64,000 nt of DNA from a virus, in IMG/VR virus record IMGVR_UViG_3300028844_006278, one strand, 5' to 3'. Positions 8,861 to 17,547 of this stretch are shown piece by piece; position 1 is the first letter of the stretch, and each line of letters begins with the position of its first letter. A program made the translations under genes and the position numbers. The notes under the pieces were generated by a model that searched no databases, was not told where the DNA came from, and was given only the letters and a program-made list of their open reading frames with translations.

Positions 8861-9306
8861 CCGGCCCGTGCTTCGGAGAGGGTGTCCTCTACTAGTTGTT
8901 CGTACTCTCCGTCTTGTAAATCAGCGTAGGCTTGGGTCTCCTCTAGCATGATCCTTTCCCTGTCGTCTTGCGGTAGGTTGTCGATCCTATACCTGGACAT
9001 ATAGGATACTAGGTCTTGATGGCAGTATTCCCACTCTAACTCGTCGTATGCCTCTTCTAAGACGTCCGGGTCTGCGCCCTCCTCTAGTGTGATTGCGAAG
9101 TCTACGTAGTGCATGGCGTACATAGGATTAGCGCTGCATATGTATGTGACTGACTTTTTGTCATACATGTATCGGCCATGGATTTTCGCTATCTTGTGCT
9201 TCTCTAGGAATCGATCCTCGAAGTAAGTTGTTTCATCTATATCGATTAGCTCAAACTCCGGGGCTATGCGGTGTATAGCCTCGTCCGTCTTACTTAGGTC
9301 TTTCAT
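8857..9306 (-). CDS. Acidic hypothetical protein
   Basis: SD + ATG, coupled. Confidence 0.7.
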   Translation of the reverse strand: MKDLSKTDEAIHRIAPEFELIDIDETTYFEDRFLEKHKIAKIHGRYMYDKKSVTYICSANPMYAMHYVDFAITLEEGADPDVLEEAYDELEWEYCHQDLVSYMSRYRIDNLPQDDRERIMLEETQAYADLQDGEYEQLVEDTLSEARAG

Positions 9307-9883
9307 TGTGTGTCGTTCCTTGTGTTGCCTTTGTTACACTGCCGTGGAGGATAGCGATTGCGTCTTTTACCGCGGCGGACCGTGCGGCGAACTCTGCGGC
9401 GGACCCAGCGGCGGACCCAGCGGCGGACCCAGCGGTGGACCCAGCGGCGGACCCAGCGGCGGAATATGCGGCGGACCGTGTGGCGGACCAGGCGGCGGAC
9501 CGTGCGGCGGACCCAGCGGCGGACCAGGCGGCGGACCCAGCGGCGGACCGTGCGGCGTACTCTGCGTCTTTCCGGTCCTCCTCTCTCCCCTCCCGCAGCC
9601 AGCGAAGAACTACTTCGGGTACTTCTGCCTCCCAGTTCCCGATACATCGGAGCGCTGAGCGTCGCGCTGCAAGACTGCACTGCTTCTCGGACATTAGGCG
9701 ATATAGGGCCCAGAGCTTATCCAGCGGCTGGATCTTGCGCATACGGCCTAGCTGCTCTATACTGATCGGCAGCTTAGGCATCAACCATTCGCCTAGTACC
9801 GTACACGGATATCCCTCTCCGTCGAAGTAGCACGCCTCTTTAGATACTAGCCACTCGTGCGTTATTACCTTATCGTCTTTCAT
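9290..9883 (-). CDS. Ala-rich (SAAx)n repeat protein, cassette copy 1
   Basis: High nucleotide identity to 30344-30961 and 48668-49105; 12-bp repeats at about 9370-9557. Confidence 0.85.
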   Translation of the reverse strand: MKDDKVITHEWLVSKEACYFDGEGYPCTVLGEWLMPKLPISIEQLGRMRKIQPLDKLWALYRLMSEKQCSLAARRSALRCIGNWEAEVPEVVLRWLREGREEDRKDAEYAARSAAGSAAWSAAGSAARSAAWSATRSAAYSAAGSAAGSTAGSAAGSAAGSAAEFAARSAAVKDAIAILHGSVTKATQGTTHNERPK

Positions 9884-9904
9884 TGTGTGTCGTTCCTTGC
9901 GTTG
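9298..9904. mobile_element. Putative mobile gene cassette bounded by 30-bp direct repeats (9298-9327, 9875-9904)
   Basis: gtctttcattgtgtgtcgttccttgYgttg at both ends; the repeat contains SD + ATG AAA GAC. Confidence 0.6.
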
Positions 9905-10062
9905 TAGTCGTCCTCTGCCTCTGCCTCTAGGGCGTCTATTACCTCGTTGTTCCAGTGTTCCGCCAAGATCTCCAGAACTCCTGGAGTATATATGATTGCT
10001 TGTTTGCTCTCGTACTCAAGGATCTCGTCCAGCTTACTGTAGAATCGCTCAGTTTCCGTCAT
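9880..10062 (-). CDS. Hypothetical protein
   Basis: Coupled ORF. Confidence 0.65.
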   Translation of the reverse strand: MTETERFYSKLDEILEYESKQAIIYTPGVLEILAEHWNNEVIDALEAEAEDDYNARNDTQ

Positions 10063-10489
10063 TTCCTGCCTCTGAGTTAGCGTTCCATACTGGGTCTACC
10101 TTTATACGTCTCTTCAGCCCCCCGCCCTTTCCGAACCTCTCCGCGACTAGGACTCTGTCGTGCACCCCTACTAGCCATGGCCGGCGGTAGTCGTTGCACT
10201 CTGCGGATACCTCGATTATCTCGTCCATCTCCGGACTATACGCGAGCCCGGCTCCTGTGATTATCGTCTTGCATATAATCTCTGCTACTATCTGAGGGTC
10301 GGGAAGCCAGGGTCTAGTCAGTAAGCAGTCTATTCTGAGCTTCTGATTGACGTAAAGTTTAAGCCACCCCTTGTTGTGGGCCGCCTCATCTATTCTCCAG
10401 ATCTCTCGTGGTATTCCCCTCGAAGATGCTGCTTGCTCGAAAGCGGTAAGGTCCCTGTCTCCGGGAATGCTGCGGTAAATATCGCTCAT
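10049..10489 (-). CDS. Hypothetical protein
   Basis: AAGGACACACAATG start. Confidence 0.7.
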   Translation of the reverse strand: MSDIYRSIPGDRDLTAFEQAASSRGIPREIWRIDEAAHNKGWLKLYVNQKLRIDCLLTRPWLPDPQIVAEIICKTIITGAGLAYSPEMDEIIEVSAECNDYRRPWLVGVHDRVLVAERFGKGGGLKRRIKVDPVWNANSEAGNDGN

Positions 10490-10517
10490 TGTGTGTCCTT
10501 ATGTTGTTAGATCTTGC

Positions 10518-10754
10518 CTACATGTAGGTATCGGGCCTTAGTAGTCCTCGACGCTCTAGGTTTGCTACGGAGCCGCATTCTATCTTACCTCGACTCCCTG
10601 CGGAGTCGATGAACCATACGTTGCCGTTGAATGCCTGGCTATCTAGTGTCAGCCTCTCTCCTCTACATATAGTTCTCCGATGTGTCGCTGATCGCTGTGT
10701 TGTGCTGCCGTAGTATAGAAAGAACTCATCCTGTACTATGTAGTGCCTGCTCAT
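10518..10754 (-). CDS. Hypothetical protein
   Basis: ATGA-coupled. Confidence 0.6.
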   Translation of the reverse strand: MSRHYIVQDEFFLYYGSTTQRSATHRRTICRGERLTLDSQAFNGNVWFIDSAGSRGKIECGSVANLERRGLLRPDTYM

Positions 10755-11089
10755 ACGAATAGCCTATGGTTCTCCAAGTCCGCAGTCCATTCCTCCCCCA
10801 CCGTAAGGCCTCGGTCTTTATACATCTGACCGAACTCCATTACTAGAAATAGAATATCTCGGTACTCGTAGATATCTTCCGAATCCCCGTACCGAGCGGT
10901 TGCTCTGAACTTCGGCTGCCGGTGCTTGCTTAAGCATGAGGTTTCTAGCGGATATAGTTTGATAAATACAGACTTCGGTATACCTCCTACAGAGAAGTAC
11001 ACTCCTCGCTCATCCGTGCCCCACTCGTAAGCTTTGTCGGCGCACTTCTCCAGTATCTCTAGGTGTCCCGCGGTTAGCTTGCTTAGCAT
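10751..11089 (-). CDS. Hypothetical protein
   Basis: Coupled ORF with SD. Confidence 0.65.
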   Translation of the reverse strand: MLSKLTAGHLEILEKCADKAYEWGTDERGVYFSVGGIPKSVFIKLYPLETSCLSKHRQPKFRATARYGDSEDIYEYRDILFLVMEFGQMYKDRGLTVGEEWTADLENHRLFV

Positions 11090-11415
11090 TTTCCTTCTCC
11101 TAGTTGTCTTTTATAGTAGTTATAGATGGGATGTCTCTCCCCGTCCAAGACGTAGTACCCTTTAGAGATCCCTGCCAGGTACCGGCTGCCTTTTGATACA
11201 ACTACCTTGCCGTGAGCGTCCTTGTGATTTTTTCTAGCTCTGTGGGTCGAGGTCTTGTCCATCCATATCTTCCCCGGAGCGACTTCCGATCCGCAGCAGG
11301 CCGATCCTTCTCCAGATTCGTCGTGCCATGCTCCGACTATGTCCCCGTAGTCGTAGAAGAATCCGTCATTGATTTCAACTACCGAGCACTCTCTCTCGCA
11401 TGCTAGGCAGATCAT
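11083..11415 (-). CDS. Cys-containing hypothetical protein
   Basis: CLAC, SACCG; TAATG coupling. Confidence 0.65.
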   Translation of the reverse strand: MICLACERECSVVEINDGFFYDYGDIVGAWHDESGEGSACCGSEVAPGKIWMDKTSTHRARKNHKDAHGKVVVSKGSRYLAGISKGYYVLDGERHPIYNYYKRQLGEGKC

Positions 11416-12101
11416 TAGACCCTTGCCCCTACATAGATATCTAGTCCGTCCAGCCAGTACTCGACTACGACATCATTACGGCTAGGCATTGAAGATATGA
11501 GATCCTCTGCAGATACCTGCATCCAGAATGGATCTGCGTTATGCGATAGATTTACCGACACAAATACCGATTCCGCGTTCCTCAGGGCGTTGAGGAGAGG
11601 CACCGACTTTGTGTGTGTGCTTAGAGGCTCTGCGTCCTCTGTGATGAACCCGTAGCGAGCTCCAGCTAGGCTGCTGTGACAAATTTCGCAGCTCGACGTG
11701 GAGAACTCTTCCATGTCCGGCTCGCCCGTTACACAGTGCGATAACGGTACGAAATGCTCCAGTCCGTAGGTGACTCCCATTCCGAGTTGGTAGGCGCAGT
11801 CTGTGCAGCAATATCCGTCTGCCTCCAGATATCGGGAAAAGTACACGCTTCCGTCGATCATTTCTATATCCCACGTGGCGTCTCTCCTAGTAACTTCTTG
11901 GCCCAGTACTTGCTCTTCCCAGATCTGCTTCCCGTCGTTCTTCGGTGTAGGAGCCTGCATTGCGCGTATATCTTCGTAGGAGATTCCCATTTTCTGCAAC
12001 ATCTTCTCATACATTCTGGCGAATATTGCTGGGGCCATTAAATCTCTTTGGCCGTTAAATCTTTTGCTACTAACGGCCAGTTTTCGTTCTACGCACGTCA
12101 T
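11415..12101 (-). CDS. Hypothetical protein with CxxC pairs
   Basis: AGGAG SD; CTDC, CEIC. Confidence 0.65.
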   Translation of the reverse strand: MTCVERKLAVSSKRFNGQRDLMAPAIFARMYEKMLQKMGISYEDIRAMQAPTPKNDGKQIWEEQVLGQEVTRRDATWDIEMIDGSVYFSRYLEADGYCCTDCAYQLGMGVTYGLEHFVPLSHCVTGEPDMEEFSTSSCEICHSSLAGARYGFITEDAEPLSTHTKSVPLLNALRNAESVFVSVNLSHNADPFWMQVSAEDLISSMPSRNDVVVEYWLDGLDIYVGARV

Positions 12102-12136
12102 AGTGCCTCTCCTGGTTATTCTTCTTGTTTTTGTAA

Positions 12137-12213
12137 TGCGCGGTCAGGGATCGAACCTGTTACAGACCTTCCGACTGCCGTAGGATTTATTAAGGTCTAG
12201 GCTTACTCGCGCA
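12137..12213 (-). ncRNA. tRNA-like RNA lacking a D-arm
   Basis: Acceptor TGCGCG/CGCGCA, T-arm CAGG-TTCGATC-CCTG, internal stem TAGACCTT/AAGGTCTG with 21-nt loop. Confidence 0.55.
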
Positions 12214-12219
12214 ATAGTT

Positions 12220-12250
12220 TGGTATTCCCGCTCGGATTCGAACCCGCGCC
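12220..12250 (-). other. tRNA 3'-end fragment (T-loop...CGGGAAT-A-CCA)
   Basis: GGGTTCGAATCCGAGCGGGAATACCA; acceptor strand complementary to 12453-12459. Confidence 0.6.
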
Positions 12251-12276
12251 TGAATATTCGACCACAGTGGCATAAA

Positions 12277-12347
12277 AGCGGGTAGAGGGAATCGAACCCT
12301 CTTCTTCAGATTGGAAATCTGAGGTAATACCTATATACGATACCCGC
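12277..12347 (-). tRNA. tRNA-Gly(TCC)
   Basis: Acceptor GCGGGTA/TACCCGC, anticodon arm TCAGA-TTTCCAA-TCTGA, T-arm GAGGG-TTCGATT-CCCTC, U73; CCA not encoded. Confidence 0.93.
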
Positions 12348-12384
12348 AATATAATACTATATACACAAACCATCAAAAAATTTA

Positions 12385-12459
12385 TGGCTCTAGTGGCAAT
12401 ATTCGAACTTGAGACCTTGAAGTTAACAGCTTCTTGCTCTTCCGCTGAGTTACGGGAAT
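12385..12459 (-). pseudogene. tRNA-Asn(GTT)-like chimeric or pseudo tRNA
   Basis: D-arm, anticodon loop CTGTTAA, T-loop GTTCGAAT and terminal GCCA present, but local acceptor and T stems do not pair. Confidence 0.6.
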
Positions 12460-12498
12460 ATATGATTGTTAGCCGATGGCTTGCGGCCTCGTTGACTT

Positions 12499-12726
12499 TT
12501 ATGTAGAGTACATTCTAGCTTCGATATAGCTATCCGAGGCTAGTTCGATAAACTTTAGGAACTCCTCAACTCTGGCCGTGTTGACTGTGTATCGATCGGG
12601 GATGAGTAGTCCTACGGACTCCAAGTATTTGATATCCTCGGTAAGCTCTGAGGAATAGTTGTACGTTCTCGTGGTGAATGTGCCGGAGTATAGAGATAGT
12701 AGGATCTCCAGTCGTCGGGGAGTCAT
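12499..12726 (-). CDS. Hypothetical protein
   Basis: ATGA-coupled start MTPRRL. Confidence 0.55.
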   Translation of the reverse strand: MTPRRLEILLSLYSGTFTTRTYNYSSELTEDIKYLESVGLLIPDRYTVNTARVEEFLKFIELASDSYIEARMYST

Positions 12727-13040
12727 ACGCGTTCCCGGCCTTCCCAGGTAGACTCGAGGGCCGATATGCACCGTTCTATGTCCATCTTTATGTTCTCTAG
12801 AGCCGCGACAGCCTCCGCGACCTGGTTGCGGCTAGATCCCTCGATTCGATAGGACTGGGCCACTTCCTCGATAATCAGCTGGCAGAGCATGTCGTCGGGG
12901 CCTTCTTTTTCCTGTCCTGATAATACTCGAATCTGCTCTCCCGTCATAGCCTCGTGTACCCCGCTATGCTTTTCCCAGTGCGTCCTGAATGCTGGGTACA
13001 TAGCCTTAGATAGTATCTCTAGGATTTCAAATAACTCCAT
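12723..13040 (-). CDS. Hypothetical protein
   Basis: SD, ORF. Confidence 0.65.
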   Translation of the reverse strand: MELFEILEILSKAMYPAFRTHWEKHSGVHEAMTGEQIRVLSGQEKEGPDDMLCQLIIEEVAQSYRIEGSSRNQVAEAVAALENIKMDIERCISALESTWEGRERV

Positions 13041-13041
13041 T

Positions 13042-13434
13042 CTACTTCTCCTCTCTGTGTGTTAAACTCTCCGGGAAGTCTATAGCCATCCGGATGTCCA
13101 TAGCGGTCGACTGGTTGCGGTACATCCAAGGCTCTGGGTTGTTCTTGATCGGGCGTAGCCAGTCCTGTATAGTTGGGATGAACCCAAGCTCCGTAATGAT
13201 GTGATCCTCCACTATATCCCGTACTGAGACATCCTCGCCGGTACTGGTGATGAGAGTGGGTCCGAATTTAGTAACGGCCGCCTCTACACCTTGGGAGTGA
13301 TGACGGAGAGCCTGGTGTGTAAAGTCCCCCGTGTGTCCTTTAGTGGAGTCGAACCAGTTGTGGATTTCATAATAATCCGTGTCGTGTCCTCCAAACTTAG
13401 ATGCCGATACGCATGCGTGGTTGTAGGCGTTCAT
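13042..13434 (-). CDS. DUF6915-like phage protein
   Basis: HA..S.KFGG...DY..IH.WFD.TK...HQALRHH...EDH...LGFIPT..DWL. Confidence 0.75.
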   Translation of the reverse strand: MNAYNHACVSASKFGGHDTDYYEIHNWFDSTKGHTGDFTHQALRHHSQGVEAAVTKFGPTLITSTGEDVSVRDIVEDHIITELGFIPTIQDWLRPIKNNPEPWMYRNQSTAMDIRMAIDFPESLTHREEK

Positions 13435-13664
13435 TCGTCCTCCTCGCAGTTAGTCTCGGCCGACGGGTCCCCGAAGATGTCATCCTGACATGGAGAGCAC
13501 ATCCCTGTTATGAGGAATTCCCGGTCTTCCGGAGATAGTGTAGGAAATGCCCGCTGTACGAGCGCCCCTTGTTCGTAGCTTCGCCATCCATCTTCGTCTA
13601 CGATGAGTTTGCCGACTGTGCTGCAGATCGGGCATGTCTTTAGGATCTCTTTTGATGCAGACAT
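13431..13664 (-). CDS. Small Zn-finger phage protein
   Basis: CPIC...QRAFPTLSPEDREFLITGMCSPC. Confidence 0.7.
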   Translation of the reverse strand: MSASKEILKTCPICSTVGKLIVDEDGWRSYEQGALVQRAFPTLSPEDREFLITGMCSPCQDDIFGDPSAETNCEEDE

Positions 13665-13700
13665 TAGTGTGTGTCCTTAGGTGTGTTGTTTGTGGTACGT

Positions 13701-13740
13701 GAATAGAGGACCTAGCATACGTATGCTAGGTCCTCTATTC
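13701..13740. promoter_or_regulatory. Perfect 40-bp palindrome with core box TAGCATACGTATGCTA (13713-13728); operator and/or terminator
   Basis: gaatagaggacctagcatac|gtatgctaggtcctctattc, intergenic. Confidence 0.75.
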
Positions 13741-13744
13741 TTCT

Positions 13745-15472
13745 CTAGGCGAACGTCGACTCTTCGAACCGAGTCGCCTTGTCTAGTATCTTCTCTGAAG
13801 TCTCCCGGATCTTCTTCAGTCTCTTGGTCTCTCGCCGGCCCATTGTATCGAGGATTCGGGGCAGGTTGTTTGTTCGAAACGCTAGGAACTGTCCGATGAA
13901 GTGCTCGGCGCCGTCGTGGAATCGCTCATAGAACTCCTCCCCATGTACGTGAGTCTCGCATGTAGTGTCTCCGTGTACGTATTCGTGCCACAGAGTAGCC
14001 GCCACTTGTACTGTGTCCTGGATGCTGGCTAAGGACTTGTACTTGAGGTATGCCTCGTCGAAATGGATTAAGTATCTTCCGTCGGTCCATGCACACGCTA
14101 GTCCGAAATGCGTGCCGAGATGTACCGCCCTGTTGGCAGGGGTCTCTGCGTACTGCTTTACTAATGACGAGCAGATGTGGCTTTTGGAGAACTCCCTTAG
14201 TAGCTTCATCCACGTCTGTGTTTCGATAGCCGCCTCCTTTTCTGGGGCATCTCTCCACCCTGAATCATTGTCCGATAATAGGTCGTCAACTTCTACGGAC
14301 TCTATGTCCGGGTTCACTCGGTCGTAGACGTCTGGGCAGTGCTGTTCGAGAGAGGTCAGGAGTGCGTGGACAATCTCGTGGACGTCCTTGTCTTTGAATC
14401 GGTCCGCACAGTCCTTTGATAATACGAAAGCCAGTCCACTCTGCATTACCTTATCACCTCGGGGACATCCCTTAGGAGCCACGGCTATCCGGTTGGAGTA
14501 TTTTTCTCCCAGTACATCAAACAGACGTTTTACGGTATAGGACGATCCCTTAACTGACGTGATGATCTTCAGGGTATTTACATGCTCCGGAAGAGCACGG
14601 TGCGTCCCTAACTCCAGACTGTATCTCTGCTTCGCCGCAGATGTGAGTCGTGCCGCCTTTAGGGCCTTCTTGTGTGCCGTATTACGGATGCTCTCTAGTA
14701 CGCCTACCCATCTATCGCAGTCATATTCCAATACCGCGTTGCGGGCGAAGTTGAGGGAGAATCCATTGACTGCGATGACGTCTCCTCCGGACCCCGTAAG
14801 GTAGGAGGATTTCTCGGACACGAATACCCCTTTGGAGTATATCGTAAGAGGTCCGGTGTCTTTCAGACGTAGGTAGATTTCCCCGTCAGATAGGTCCCAC
14901 TCCTCTGTTGCTGGGTCGACCGAGATGAGCTTGTCGTTTATATACACTTCGATGTTAGGCATGTATTTACATGCCCTTGTCACCTCTCTGACTGTGTCGT
15001 CCACAGCCCAGGTCCGTAGCGGTTTATACAGGTCTATGTCGATGCAGCATCCTGCGCGTCGTGTACGACTAGTGGTCATGTCGTATGAGATGCGTCCTGT
15101 CTCGCCTATGGATTTCTCGACATCCACTCGTAGGGTATATCGTCCGGTATTCCATGTGTTTCTCCCGAAGGAGAACATCTGGCCTCGGCCCATGCGAAAG
15201 GTTCCGTAGACTTTCTCCTCTTCTTCAGCGTGTGGAGCTCCGAATGTACCGAACCACTCCTCCACTTCCTTAGCGTTTTTGAACCCTTTCCCATCGTCTA
15301 GGATCTGGACCTTGTCGCCGTTGATGAGGATATTACAGGCCTTTGCTCCAGCGTCTGCTGAGTTCATCACTCCTTCTACGATCGCCTTAGCTAGGGTTCC
15401 TGCCTGCTTCCGGATTACGTCCAGAAGAAGCTTAGGTGCCATCTTGAATTCAATGTTCTTATTTGCTGCCAT
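13745..15472 (-). CDS. GHKL (HATPase_c) ATPase with C-terminal HExxH zincin-like domain
   Basis: EGVMNSADA, DDGKG, YGTFRMGRG; C-terminal WHEYVH...HVHGEEFYERF. Confidence 0.8.
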   Translation of the reverse strand: MAANKNIEFKMAPKLLLDVIRKQAGTLAKAIVEGVMNSADAGAKACNILINGDKVQILDDGKGFKNAKEVEEWFGTFGAPHAEEEEKVYGTFRMGRGQMFSFGRNTWNTGRYTLRVDVEKSIGETGRISYDMTTSRTRRAGCCIDIDLYKPLRTWAVDDTVREVTRACKYMPNIEVYINDKLISVDPATEEWDLSDGEIYLRLKDTGPLTIYSKGVFVSEKSSYLTGSGGDVIAVNGFSLNFARNAVLEYDCDRWVGVLESIRNTAHKKALKAARLTSAAKQRYSLELGTHRALPEHVNTLKIITSVKGSSYTVKRLFDVLGEKYSNRIAVAPKGCPRGDKVMQSGLAFVLSKDCADRFKDKDVHEIVHALLTSLEQHCPDVYDRVNPDIESVEVDDLLSDNDSGWRDAPEKEAAIETQTWMKLLREFSKSHICSSLVKQYAETPANRAVHLGTHFGLACAWTDGRYLIHFDEAYLKYKSLASIQDTVQVAATLWHEYVHGDTTCETHVHGEEFYERFHDGAEHFIGQFLAFRTNNLPRILDTMGRRETKRLKKIRETSEKILDKATRFEESTFA

Positions 15473-15497
15473 GTTGTTCCTTGGTGTTGTTCGTTGT

Positions 15498-16160
15498 TTA
15501 TAGATTTTGTCGCTTAAGGGACTCTAGTGCGTGCCTCTTAAGGTCCTGCTGTACCGCTATGTCCGATCGGGGTACATCTATCTTCAGTCTCAGAATTCCC
15601 TGCGCTGCGCAGGTTCGAGCTCTCTGAGGGGTCCACTCCTCAGTTTTACGAGAGAGCACATCCCAGTACCAAGACTCGCCTAGCTCAGGATCTTCTTGCG
15701 TATACTCTGTTAGGACAAACTCCCCTTGCTCGGTCTTCTCTAGCTCCATGAATTCATAGACGTGTTTCGGGATCTCCTTAGTCCACGGACCGCGTGCTCC
15801 CCTTCTTGCCCCCTGCAGTCTCGGACCATCTGGGGAGGTCTCTATTTTAAGTTGCCACGTCTGCGGTTGTGAGTAGTGTCCGCGGACCCCTATGTACTCC
15901 TCTAGGGGCTCTTCACCGGTCCGCAATACATGGCGATGATATTCTGACCAGGCCCTCGAGTGCTCCTCACATGTGGGTATCTCGTCCTCCGAGATGTCCT
16001 CAAAATCTCCATCTCCGTACGGAGATACTGAGTAGCCGCTCTCGGACTCCGAGTCGAGGAAGTACGTGGAGAGGTGCCATCCTACCGGACAGTCCCTCTC
16101 CCCGCAGCTCCACGGAGCAGTCATCATATGTTCGCAGAAGTGATGCCCCTTATCGCTCAT
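15498..16160 (-). CDS. Hypothetical protein
   Basis: ATGA-coupled ORF. Confidence 0.7.
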   Translation of the reverse strand: MSDKGHHFCEHMMTAPWSCGERDCPVGWHLSTYFLDSESESGYSVSPYGDGDFEDISEDEIPTCEEHSRAWSEYHRHVLRTGEEPLEEYIGVRGHYSQPQTWQLKIETSPDGPRLQGARRGARGPWTKEIPKHVYEFMELEKTEQGEFVLTEYTQEDPELGESWYWDVLSRKTEEWTPQRARTCAAQGILRLKIDVPRSDIAVQQDLKRHALESLKRQNL

Positions 16161-16357
16161 CCCCGGGCCTCCTGGAGCTCATGTATCTGGTACTCGTAGT
16201 GATTCTGTTTGCAGTGATCGCAGTCCGGCTCAATATCCTTCAGCTTTCGGATGGCGGCCTCTGCGTCCCCTCTAGTACGGTAGAACTTAGGAGACATTCC
16301 AAGCCCGGTGGAGTCCCTGATGATGTTGCTTATCTCTACTATGTATACGGCGTTCAT
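16157..16357 (-). CDS. Hypothetical protein
   Basis: AGGAGG SD. Confidence 0.65.
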   Translation of the reverse strand: MNAVYIVEISNIIRDSTGLGMSPKFYRTRGDAEAAIRKLKDIEPDCDHCKQNHYEYQIHELQEARG

Positions 16358-16378
16358 GGCGCCTCCTTTTTTTGTATA

Positions 16379-16702
16379 CTAAGTGTAAAATATTAGGTCG
16401 AATCCCCAGTAAGTCTCGCAGTATCCCCACGGTCCGTGCAGGTAACTACCTACTGCCCAGTCTGTCGGTCCGGACTCCCAGCATACATGCCAGGCCGATC
16501 CGACGTATCCGTGAATCTCGGAATCTTCTGGGCTTTTTATCCATACCTCGACATCGGGGTGCGTCACCAGACGCGAACCGCCGCTCTCCAAGGCGGCGGC
16601 CTTTAGAATCTTATATGCAAATGCCGCTGCGCCTGCCTTGGTCTTATACTTACCTAGGCCTTTGCCGAGCTCTACTAGCAGCTCTTTTGTTCTATTGCTC
16701 AT
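16379..16702 (-). CDS. Hypothetical phage protein
   Basis: W.V.WESGP.DW pattern; coupled. Confidence 0.65.
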   Translation of the reverse strand: MSNRTKELLVELGKGLGKYKTKAGAAAFAYKILKAAALESGGSRLVTHPDVEVWIKSPEDSEIHGYVGSAWHVCWESGPTDWAVGSYLHGPWGYCETYWGFDLIFYT

Positions 16703-16866
16703 TTTGTGTCTTTGAGCTCCCAGCTCCTTAGTTCGGTGTCCTCCATCTCTCCATCCTCTGAGGAGAAGCTGTAGTCCATATTCTCCATGAGGGTATCCAC
16801 GTCAGTGTCATCGTCCGTGCGGACAACTAGGCGTACCGTGGTGTTGATGTACAGTTTCTTGCTCAT
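16699..16866 (-). CDS. Small acidic hypothetical protein
   Basis: ATGA-coupled start MSKKLY. Confidence 0.6.
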   Translation of the reverse strand: MSKKLYINTTVRLVVRTDDDTDVDTLMENMDYSFSSEDGEMEDTELRSWELKDTK

Positions 16867-17465
16867 CTCTGCAGAGGAGCCGGGTCGCCGGGCTTGCCGT
16901 ACCATGCTGCACGATACTTCTCGAGGACTGTGATTGATAGGGACGACACAAAGTCGTCGGCTTTGAGCTCTCTGATGACTGCGTCCAAAAGGTCTGGGGA
17001 CATAGAGATTCCCGGAAGGCTATGTGGCGGGGCCGGGAGTAGGCTGCCGTACCTTTGGTGCAGTTGCTCCACAGTGGGGAGGTCCTCTACGTATGTCGGA
17101 TCCTGCTCTTCTGATGGGTCGGTATCTTCCTCTGCCGCTGTTGCGGAAAGTAGCAGCCCCGCCTCGCACATGTACTTCACCAACTCAATCAGGTGCGTAG
17201 CGACCGGCACCGTCTTACCTTGACACCAGTTCTGAACTGCTGTGGCGGTGACTCCAATCCTGTCTCCTACGATCCCGCACGCTCGGGTGTTCGGCATGTC
17301 GTTCTCCTTCATCAGGTCGTAGATGTGGTCCTTGAGTGTGCTGTTAATTGCCTGCATGTGGGATTTGCGGGTGCTACGGTACCGAAGCTCACTCGGCGTC
17401 GCGTAGGGTGTGTTCTTCTCGGCCCCGGTCTCGGGGTTATCTGTGATGTTGGTTTCTGTGGTCAC
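16863..17465 (-). CDS. Cro/XRE-like HTH protein
   Basis: VGDRIGVTATAVQNWCQGKTVP HTH pattern. Confidence 0.7.
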   Translation of the reverse strand: MTTETNITDNPETGAEKNTPYATPSELRYRSTRKSHMQAINSTLKDHIYDLMKENDMPNTRACGIVGDRIGVTATAVQNWCQGKTVPVATHLIELVKYMCEAGLLLSATAAEEDTDPSEEQDPTYVEDLPTVEQLHQRYGSLLPAPPHSLPGISMSPDLLDAVIRELKADDFVSSLSITVLEKYRAAWYGKPGDPAPLQR

Positions 17466-17547
17466 GTGGGAATTCTCCTGTTGTGATGTTTATTTTTGTA
17501 GTGAGGGTTTGAGCGTTGTTCTTGTACTAGCTTATAGGCTCTTGCTG

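Noticed and set aside
9266-9830. Overlapping Arg-rich, GGPS and AADP ORFs in other frames (also at 30366-30905 and 48671-49049)
   Set aside because: Stop-free shadows of the GC-rich 12-bp repeat
12220-12270. tmRNA gene
   Set aside because: The 3' end is reminiscent, but there is no Ala G3-U70 acceptor, matching 5' end or tag ORF
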